Virus record (IMG/VR): IMGVR_UViG_3300000727_000007
Span: 1 to 64,000 of that record
Length of the DNA stretch: 64,000 nt
Source of the DNA: a virus
Lineage: Duplodnaviria; Caudoviricetes
Strand: one strand, 5' to 3'
Position numbers and translations under genes: made by a program. Of the stretch, positions 56,587 through 64,000 are shown in pieces (within the stretch, counting starts at the first letter, position 1; every line of letters starts with the position of its first letter). A model generated the notes under the pieces. It worked only from the letters and a program-made list of their open reading frames with translations, searched no databases and was not told where the DNA came from.

Positions 56587-57705
56587 CTAACCTATATCTA
56601 CATCTATCTCTAAGTTTATTTTTGTAACTTCTAAAACCTCATAAGGTTGTAAATCTACATTCCCTTCTATATCTTGAATTGCATCTGTTGCAATTGTAAT
56701 AGTCGAATCATATAAATCTCTGTCTTTAAATTGTTGTAATAAATAATAGGATAATTTACTTAAGTATAATTTATTCCCTACACCGTTTTGTTCTATATAT
56801 TCAAGAACGGCTGCTTCAACATCACTTTTTAGAGCATTGTACTCTTTTGGAGTTAATTGAGTGCTATTAATTACTTTTATAATAATAGTAATTTCTCCTC
56901 CAACATGTACTGCCTGCCCACATTCTGTATAAATTCCTGCGGCTCTACTATCAGCAATTAAATCTTCTATTTCTCTCATTTGTTCATCGGACGCTGTATC
57001 TATAAATACAGCAAAACTTCCATAACCAAAAGCATGTTCAAGAACACAAAATTCTGGGGTCGTTAAACCAGAATTAATAAGAGTAAGTCTAATATGGTCA
57101 GTTGTACCTTTTTCCTGTGTATATCTAGCACTCATTGCATTTGTTCGAACACTTTCAAGTGCTTCTGCGTCTTTACCTCCCCAAGATGGTTGTGGGTTAT
57201 AACAAGTTACTCCTGTTATATCAGATTCTATTTGGTCTAAGGAATATGCAGCGACTTTAGTTTGAGCTCCTGTTTCTAATGATCTTGCTCTTACAGTAAC
57301 CAATTCTGCTGTTTTGTAAAGTATAACTCTTTCTACTGTTGAATATTGTATTGGAGGTGTATCTACTGTTTGAATTATTGTTCCAAATGGTATTACCGCA
57401 TCATCGGTTCTATCGGCATTTTGCTCCCATACAAACCTCATAATAACATCAGAAGCACGAGCTAAACTTCTAGCATAAAATGGAGCCGCTAATTTTACTA
57501 TATTATCAGCAAGTGTTGCAGTCTCTAAAAATCCTTCATTTTTATAATTATCTAATACTTTCTCCCAACCTTCCCAGTCTGCTGCGATAACTGAGAATAA
57601 TAAACCTATTCTTAATTGAGGCATTCTAGTTGGGACGAGTTCTGTGGTTATTGCATTATTCCACAGAGAATCTAAAATCAAATCTCCTGATCTTGCCATT
57701 AACAT
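56587..57705 (-). CDS. baseplate J-like wedge protein
   Basis: FLETAT, IPFGT, G...KV, GG.DAE..E..R, KGT, RAAGI. Confidence 0.85.
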   Translation of the reverse strand: MLMARSGDLILDSLWNNAITTELVPTRMPQLRIGLLFSVIAADWEGWEKVLDNYKNEGFLETATLADNIVKLAAPFYARSLARASDVIMRFVWEQNADRTDDAVIPFGTIIQTVDTPPIQYSTVERVILYKTAELVTVRARSLETGAQTKVAAYSLDQIESDITGVTCYNPQPSWGGKDAEALESVRTNAMSARYTQEKGTTDHIRLTLINSGLTTPEFCVLEHAFGYGSFAVFIDTASDEQMREIEDLIADSRAAGIYTECGQAVHVGGEITIIIKVINSTQLTPKEYNALKSDVEAAVLEYIEQNGVGNKLYLSKLSYYLLQQFKDRDLYDSTITIATDAIQDIEGNVDLQPYEVLEVTKINLEIDVDIG

Positions 57706-58094
57706 CCCCTCACAAAGTCTAAAGTTTCTAATACGACTCCATAAATTGTTTCTAATTGAATTTCTATATGTACAATCCCTTCACTTTCATCTAAGGTGGT
57801 ACTAACAAAAGAGTTCCATATTTCAGGATATTCTTGTGCTTTCTGTTGTATACAATCTGATACTTCTAATTCTAAATCTGTAGTCATAGGGTCTCCGATA
57901 ATTCTTTTTAAATCGGAACCATAATTTTCTTGACCAATACCATGACATTCACCTTTATTTGTTTTTAGTTCACCTATAAAGGCTTGTATTACAGCGTCTT
58001 GCTGTTCGCAAGTAACAACTTCACATCCACGAATCATTGAATATTCGAAATACCCCTCCGGAGCTCTTGTTTTGATATCTATTATTTTTGCCAT
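57699..58094 (-). CDS. gp25/GpW-like baseplate wedge protein
   Basis: Q....L.T.KGE....YGS.L..IIG; start ATG 58094. Confidence 0.7.
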   Translation of the reverse strand: MAKIIDIKTRAPEGYFEYSMIRGCEVVTCEQQDAVIQAFIGELKTNKGECHGIGQENYGSDLKRIIGDPMTTDLELEVSDCIQQKAQEYPEIWNSFVSTTLDESEGIVHIEIQLETIYGVVLETLDFVRGC

Positions 58095-58102
58095 TTTATC
58101 AC

Positions 58103-58276
58103 CTATGATACAGGTCCACTTTCCTCTACGCAATACATTCCAAATGCGACAGGGTTACTTTTAGGTAATTCAATTTCTTTTATTGGAGTATTTAAATCGT
58201 TCTGGTCAAAAATAAGGATTTTCGTATCTGTTAAAATACATAAATATTCACTATTATAATTAATTGGGTCTGCCAT
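58103..58276 (-). CDS. small hypothetical protein (not in ORF track)
   Basis: 57-aa ORF MADPINYNSEYLCIL..., coupled on both sides. Confidence 0.55.
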   Translation of the reverse strand: MADPINYNSEYLCILTDTKILIFDQNDLNTPIKEIELPKSNPVAFGMYCVEESGPVS

Positions 58277-59605
58277 TTAACCACCTGTGTTACTTCTACA
58301 ACTTCTTCTAAATAAATCTACAAAATTCCCTATATTATCTTTTACAGATACAAAACCTTCTTCTGGGGTATATCCATAAAGATTTCCATCTGTACCTAAA
58401 TGGTATCCATCATAAGATTGAACCAATGATTTTTCTACGGTTTTAATCTCTTTTAGTCCTTCGACTATATTACGATCGACATCATATTTTAGTGAATATT
58501 CATGAGCCCCATTAATTGTAAATACAGTAACGGTTACTTCAGCGGACACATCAGGAATTGCTTCTATATATCCTGCGCCTGGGCCTCTAATAGGTGTTTC
58601 AGGAATATCTATTGTTGAAAAATTCCCATTATCAAGATTAAAAACGAGTGTTCCTCCTTTATCATTTTTATATACATTGGCTACTTGAACACCTAAATTA
58701 GCATAAACAACACATTTACAAGTATCTACAAATGTCCCATACTCTGCGCTATCTTTAGATGAATTAATAAAACCACCATATATCTTATCTCCCATTATAT
58801 AATCTCCCCAAGAGAAAAACTCTGTTACTGTGTTACCAGGGAAAGCATCTCTTATAGCCAATCCTCCTGAACCCATATCTACTTGATAAGCGCATCCGTC
58901 TGTTGCAAAGTATTGAGGGTCAGTAGGATTAATGGCTTTTATTCCAGATAATGGTATTGTATCAACCCATTCATCCGTTGCTAGATCGTAAACCTTTGCA
59001 TTGTTTTCATATGAAACAATAAAGTATCCTTTCATTGGCTGTATCCAAAAGTTACTACTTCCTCCGCCACAATTACCACCTTCAACACAAATTTTCTTAC
59101 CATTAAGATAAGCCCAATCTCCTTTGACTTCTATCTTTGTATCTCCCTTTGTAACCGTAACTTGGTCATTGTGGGTTACAATCTTTGAGTCTCCTCTTTC
59201 GATAACTGTAGCACCTGGGGTTATATTTAGGTCATTATCAAATCCAACTATTTCCCATTTGAGAGTATCTTTAATAGCTTTACAAGAAACTTTTGTTGTT
59301 TCAGATATTTTGTAAACTCCATTTTTCCAACTCCCATTTGGAGTTGTGATTACACTAAGTGTTCCTGACATTTTAGCATAAGCATTACTGTTTGTTTCAG
59401 GGAAATAAACTTTATAGTTAAAACCATCTATTTTTGTTGGGTCAATTTCTTTTAATTCTCCATGTCGGATACCAACAGGTGTATCACTTTTTCTATCTGG
59501 TTGATTTTCAATATCTTTCCCTACACCTGTACTATTATTTTTTTGATCCCCTAATATGTTTTTGAGGTCATTTGCTGCTTCTTGGGGTGTTCTAAAGTTA
59601 CTCAT
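58277..59605 (-). CDS. baseplate spike (gpV-like) protein
   Basis: OB-like N-terminus, short beta-helix repeats (GDSKIVT..QVTVTKGDTKIEV), position after the hub. Confidence 0.6.
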   Translation of the reverse strand: MSNFRTPQEAANDLKNILGDQKNNSTGVGKDIENQPDRKSDTPVGIRHGELKEIDPTKIDGFNYKVYFPETNSNAYAKMSGTLSVITTPNGSWKNGVYKISETTKVSCKAIKDTLKWEIVGFDNDLNITPGATVIERGDSKIVTHNDQVTVTKGDTKIEVKGDWAYLNGKKICVEGGNCGGGSSNFWIQPMKGYFIVSYENNAKVYDLATDEWVDTIPLSGIKAINPTDPQYFATDGCAYQVDMGSGGLAIRDAFPGNTVTEFFSWGDYIMGDKIYGGFINSSKDSAEYGTFVDTCKCVVYANLGVQVANVYKNDKGGTLVFNLDNGNFSTIDIPETPIRGPGAGYIEAIPDVSAEVTVTVFTINGAHEYSLKYDVDRNIVEGLKEIKTVEKSLVQSYDGYHLGTDGNLYGYTPEEGFVSVKDNIGNFVDLFRRSCRSNTGG

Positions 59606-61248
59606 CTTTGCACTACCTTTACATTTGTTTTTGCGGCTGGTGGCCAGTATCTTGTATCAAATTCAAACTTTTCATATTCAAAATCATTCCAAGTACTACC
59701 GTTTTGTAACTGTATATAACGAGCTTTTTTGGATACTAAGCTAGGGTAATCATATTCAATAATTCTTACAATATAGCCTTTTCCAGTGAGTTTATCATAT
59801 AAATAATCACTCATTGCAAAGGTATCTCCCATTTTCTTCTGGAACATACAAGCACCATCATGACAAACAAAATTAAAATCAAATTTAGAAGCTGTTTTTG
59901 CTATTTGTTCATATGTTTCTTCGCCTGGCAGTGTGCTGTTGTATAGGTCGTTTTGACTTAAAATAGCTGGGTACATTTTTAAACGTACGCTTGTTGTTGA
60001 AACACCAGGTATTATCTTATGCTTTGTTGTTGCTATGTTTAATGGAACTTCTTTTGAAAAATAAGGTACTCTTATCCATTTTCCTGGCATATAAACTGGG
60101 TCTATGGGTAAATCGATATTTATATCTGACCTTAAATTTTTAAGTTGTTGTACTAACATGTTATTGGCTAATATTTGAGCAGAAGCCTTATCTAGTTCTT
60201 TTCTTAAGACTTTTATTCTTTGTTTTGTTGAGTCATCAGTGATTCCATTTAAGTCAGCACTAAGAGTTCCACTATTGTAAGTTACATCTACACCTTGTAT
60301 TTTTGTAGCCAGTGTTTGTAACGTATTTAAAGTGTCTTCTTTTACGTAATAGTTTGGAATTTGAATATCGGGATACGGGAACCCATTAAATTCTCTGATT
60401 ATACAATCACCAACTGGGGTAATATAAAGGTATAGATTATTTGCTTCACAAATCTGCTTTAATTCACTTTCACATGTTGTTCCTGAAGCTGAGAATTTTG
60501 GTTTTGTTCCTGTTTTATCTCCTGGTATTGGGCCATAGGTTAATGTAAGCTGATAAAATGGATTTGAAACTTTTTCATATCCATCAATTCCACAATAATG
60601 AGCACTACATCCTCCTTTATCTGGATCACAGTAATATTCCCCATCTATATATGATATTACGTATGGTTGTTTACATTTAGGACAATAATTTTTTACACTT
60701 GAAATATATGACATATCTGCATATAAATTCAAACATTTTATACAAGAAGGGTGAAAAGCTCCAGTTACGGTTGTTGATGTATCTCCGATTATTACATCCG
60801 TATCTGGAGTTTCAAGAGCCCCATACTCTATAACGCTACTTCTATTTATCCGTTTTTCCAGAGTATAAACCGATACTTTGTCAAATATTGGATTATGCCC
60901 TGAATTTTTAACTAATTCTGTTACTACATCCTGTAATTCCTTTTCATTATATGTCCCAGCGAACGGAGTTTTAAATAATCTTCCGTTGTCTACAATATCA
61001 ACACTTATTTCAGTGTTATCTCTAACTACATGTTTACAGATACCATTAAAAAGTGCATTCTCTGTTAATGTACCAGCACTAATTCTAACGGGTGCATTAT
61101 CTTGAATTAAATCAGAATAACTTGAACTAAAAGGCATTTTTAAAGTACCTAATCCAGCTAAATTATTCGAATCTTGCATATAAATAACTTGCCCTACCAA
61201 AAGCTCTGTTTGCCCGCTAATTCCTATGTGAAAAGTTAATTGTGTCAT
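59602..61248 (-). CDS. baseplate hub protein with a Cys-rich insert and a transglutaminase-like C-terminal domain
   Basis: Hub position; KNYCPKC...YC...C..YCGIDG.EK insert; GDTFAMSDYL...RIIEY...W.DF.Y. Confidence 0.65.
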   Translation of the reverse strand: MTQLTFHIGISGQTELLVGQVIYMQDSNNLAGLGTLKMPFSSSYSDLIQDNAPVRISAGTLTENALFNGICKHVVRDNTEISVDIVDNGRLFKTPFAGTYNEKELQDVVTELVKNSGHNPIFDKVSVYTLEKRINRSSVIEYGALETPDTDVIIGDTSTTVTGAFHPSCIKCLNLYADMSYISSVKNYCPKCKQPYVISYIDGEYYCDPDKGGCSAHYCGIDGYEKVSNPFYQLTLTYGPIPGDKTGTKPKFSASGTTCESELKQICEANNLYLYITPVGDCIIREFNGFPYPDIQIPNYYVKEDTLNTLQTLATKIQGVDVTYNSGTLSADLNGITDDSTKQRIKVLRKELDKASAQILANNMLVQQLKNLRSDINIDLPIDPVYMPGKWIRVPYFSKEVPLNIATTKHKIIPGVSTTSVRLKMYPAILSQNDLYNSTLPGEETYEQIAKTASKFDFNFVCHDGACMFQKKMGDTFAMSDYLYDKLTGKGYIVRIIEYDYPSLVSKKARYIQLQNGSTWNDFEYEKFEFDTRYWPPAAKTNVKVVQR

Positions 61249-61249
61249 T

Positions 61250-61960
61250 CTACCATCCTGCGCCTGGTTCTAAACTAAATGAATGTGCTGTATCTGTTCC
61301 TGGTGATGTCAGTGTTGACATTTCCTTTACTCCAATCTGAAAAGTAGCTTCAGTTTGTCCTCCTTGCATTTTCATTTTTGAATTTGTTGTGTATCCCTGT
61401 AATGGTTTAAACATTGTTGAGGAACATATTACCTCAACATCATCTAAATCTCTTAAAAAATCCGCTCTTTTTTGATAATAGGCTTTTAATTCAGCAACAC
61501 CTGCTAAACTGTCGATTCCATATTGAACTGTTTGCCCAATAATATCAAATAAGTTTCCTCCACGCCTTAAAGCGTCAACCGGTCCAATTGGTAAATCAGC
61601 ATCCCTTTGAGAAATTGTAGTGTTGAAAGTAATTTCCCTGTATGGTTCTGAATTTGTTTGAACCTGGCTGTTACCTCCAACACCATTGTATCCATCGGTT
61701 CCTTTACCGTGGTATGTCAACTCAAGGTCATCTGCATAAAGAAGATAACCACCTCTTAGATAAGTAGCCATCTTTTGCCAATCTGACTCTCTTTCACGCG
61801 TATCATAATCTCCTCTTTTACCAGCTATCCAATCAGTAATCTGTGAAGCTATAGGAGCCATTTCAGATAAAAAATCGTTTAAGTTTATAAGGTCTGCTGT
61901 CAGACCTTTACTGTCGTCACTTGCTGCTACTATTTTTATTAAACCTCTCATTGTTGGCAT
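61250..61960 (-). CDS. tail tube initiator-like protein
   Basis: Position between the tape measure and the hub. Confidence 0.5.
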   Translation of the reverse strand: MPTMRGLIKIVAASDDSKGLTADLINLNDFLSEMAPIASQITDWIAGKRGDYDTRERESDWQKMATYLRGGYLLYADDLELTYHGKGTDGYNGVGGNSQVQTNSEPYREITFNTTISQRDADLPIGPVDALRRGGNLFDIIGQTVQYGIDSLAGVAELKAYYQKRADFLRDLDDVEVICSSTMFKPLQGYTTNSKMKMQGGQTEATFQIGVKEMSTLTSPGTDTAHSFSLEPGAGW

Positions 61961-61962
61961 AT

Positions 61963-64000
61963 TTAATCCTCCAGTTTTCTTGCTAATTTTTCAAGTGCAC
62001 TATATACAAACTGTTCAACGTCTTCTCCTGTCATTGCATAAATTGTAATAGCTCCATCCTCTATTATTAATTGTTTTCCACTACCGCCGTTTGCTGAAGC
62101 CATTGCAGCCCCAGTTTCTACAGCTCGTTTTTTAAACAGGTCTGGGTCTAATTGAGGGAATTCGATTTTACCATTATCTGGGAAGTCTCCTGAGAAACCT
62201 TTGTAGATTTTTAATGGTGATTGGAATTTACCTTTACCTTGACGGAATTTCATTTCTCTAGCTTGTGCAACTTGTCCCCATGGGGTCATGTTCCACATCC
62301 AGCCTAATAGACCTTTATCTTGTTTTTTGTTTTCTTCGTGCTGTTTTCTGATTTCGTCGGTTTGTGATTTTTGCCCAAAGACAAGTTCTCTTAATGGTCC
62401 CGCTAGCATTAATCCGATCGCACCGATTCCGATTGCAGCCCAACCTATTGGTCCAATTGCTGCAGCACCTGCAGCTAAAGCTCCTCCGGCTCCGGATAAT
62501 AATCCTCCAGCCGCACCACCGATTCCAGCTAACGCTGTTCCTTCTGCGGCTCCTGCAAGAGCTCCTCCTGCACGTCCTAGGAATCCACCGGCAGCACCGA
62601 CACCACTTTGGATTAATCCACCAAATCCTTCTATACCTCTCATAGCTCCACTGCCGATATCAGCCATGAAGTCTACTGCTTTTGGTCCGTATTTTTGGTA
62701 ATATTTGTTCCCGACTATTTTATCTCCTATTTTACCTAGGATTTTACTGTCGCCTTCACCGAATAAATCACTGATAACATCACCAAATTTTCCACCGCCT
62801 TCTTTTAATTTATCGCCGATTTTAAGTTTTTTGTTGATATTTTTACCAATATTTTTAAGACCTGTATATAAATCCATATCTTCTGGAACCATTGAATCCC
62901 AGACATCTTTAAGGACAGGGGATACTTTATCTTTAGCTTTTTTATAGATATTTGGTAAAATGTCTCCTTCTTTGATAAAGTCTTTAGCTTTTTGTACCAT
63001 TTTCTTAATACTTTCTTTAGCATTAGGGAATCCTAGCATTTCACCAAATTTATCAAATTGTCTTAATCCCCAATCTTTTACTGTATCAAGTCCTAGCATT
63101 TTAGCTATTTTACCTGCATTTTCGCTGTTAAAGATTCCTTTAGCTTTATCCCATAATTTTTCTGGGTCCATAAGTGTTTCCCAAGCTTTTTGCATGTCAT
63201 TTTTAACTTTATCTAGACCTAATTTTTTACCTGCTTTACCTAAATCAGCTAAAATTTCCTTTTGTATTGTGCTTAAACCTAGGGTCTTATTAATTTTCTC
63301 AGCAAGTTCACTTCCTTTGAAGTTTGCTATTTTTTCTGATATGAAATCTTGTGCTTTAAAGATAGCTCCTTTTTCTGCTGGTTCTAAGTGGTGTCCCATT
63401 CTTGTAGGTTTTCCACCGAATAACCAATCTTTTGCCATTCCACCAGCTTTATTTATTCCACCAAGTATTCCATTTTCTTTAAAGAACCCTAAGAAATCTC
63501 CTGCGTCTGCTGCCATAGCTTTCCCCATATCTTTGAATGGGAAATTCTTTAGTGATTGACCAGATGTATTTCTTAATATAAACTCTGCGCCAATTATTCC
63601 TGCTGCAATTGGAATAACAGTTTTTATAAGAGTTCGTATAAAGCTATCATTTGATTTAGCTTCATTTATTTTATCTTGCAGAGTTTTTTCTTCTGAAGGC
63701 ATAGTTATTTTATTGTGTATATCTTCAACAGTTCCTTGTATTTTAGTCATTACTTGGTGTAATAAATCAGGACCTTTTTCTTTTTGGAATTTGCCTGTTC
63801 CTGCTGTTCTTCTTGGTGCTGGTGTAGCTCCGGCTGCTAATTCTTCATCAGTAGCTCCAGTATCAGTATCAACCATTGCAGATGTAGCTCCTTGGCTTCC
63901 TGCTCCTTTCATAGCGTTCATTGCACCACTAACAACAGGCATTCCTCCTGTCATCATATCTCCCTGCATAGCAGCTTGATCCATCATACCGCCTAATGAA
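61963..64000 (-). CDS. tape measure protein (5' part beyond the window)
   Basis: Gly/Ala-rich amphipathic helical repeats, GPIGWAA, upstream of baseplate genes. Confidence 0.8.
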   Translation of the reverse strand, partial: SLGGMMDQAAMQGDMMTGGMPVVSGAMNAMKGAGSQGATSAMVDTDTGATDEELAAGATPAPRRTAGTGKFQKEKGPDLLHQVMTKIQGTVEDIHNKITMPSEEKTLQDKINEAKSNDSFIRTLIKTVIPIAAGIIGAEFILRNTSGQSLKNFPFKDMGKAMAADAGDFLGFFKENGILGGINKAGGMAKDWLFGGKPTRMGHHLEPAEKGAIFKAQDFISEKIANFKGSELAEKINKTLGLSTIQKEILADLGKAGKKLGLDKVKNDMQKAWETLMDPEKLWDKAKGIFNSENAGKIAKMLGLDTVKDWGLRQFDKFGEMLGFPNAKESIKKMVQKAKDFIKEGDILPNIYKKAKDKVSPVLKDVWDSMVPEDMDLYTGLKNIGKNINKKLKIGDKLKEGGGKFGDVISDLFGEGDSKILGKIGDKIVGNKYYQKYGPKAVDFMADIGSGAMRGIEGFGGLIQSGVGAAGGFLGRAGGALAGAAEGTALAGIGGAAGGLLSGAGGALAAGAAAIGPIGWAAIGIGAIGLMLAGPLRELVFGQKSQTDEIRKQHEENKKQDKGLLGWMWNMTPWGQVAQAREMKFRQGKGKFQSPLKIYKGFSGDFPDNGKIEFPQLDPDLFKKRAVETGAAMASANGGSGKQLIIEDGAITIYAMTGEDVEQFVYSALEKLARKLED

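Larger units (their letters stand above)
1..64000. mobile_element. Segment of a tailed archaeal virus (myovirus-type baseplate), probable Methanobacteriales host
   Basis: Dense, stop/start-coupled phage-like gene layout; baseplate J, gp25-like, hub and tape measure genes; pseudomurein-binding endopeptidase; archaeal promoters, tRNAs and a BHB intron; no rRNA or ribosomal protein genes. Confidence 0.9.

Noticed and set aside
62288-63979. Plus-strand ORFs over the tape measure gene and similar antisense ORFs elsewhere
   Set aside because: Antisense shadows of strongly supported genes, with no RBS or recognisable motifs.

Overview
This window is part of a large tailed archaeal virus with a contractile (myovirus-type) baseplate, most likely infecting Methanobacteriales. 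Evidence for the host: a pseudomurein-binding-repeat endopeptidase, BRE/TATA promoters, a BHB tRNA intron, archaeal tRNA identity elements, and archaeal-type primase, ThyA and NrdD. Plus strand 1-20.4 kb is replication and nucleotide metabolism, including a split bacterial-type C-family polymerase whose PHP half is fused to uracil-DNA glycosylase. From 20.4 to 30 kb lie a lysis cassette and an RNA island: 26 tRNA genes covering all 20 amino acids, several unannotated structured RNAs, a DNA-pol-beta-family nucleotidyltransferase and a Ro60/TROVE gene. The stretch 30-36 kb holds accessory enzymes. Minus strand 36-64 kb is the tail, baseplate and adhesin operon, ending in a truncated tape measure gene. 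The most notable feature is directly upstream of Ro60: four copies of one conserved, covarying RNA stem (candidate Y RNAs), each carrying a different cargo domain. One copy is circularly permuted and grafted into the anticodon arm of a tRNA-Leu-like scaffold. All calls were made by eye; no searches or folding programs were run.
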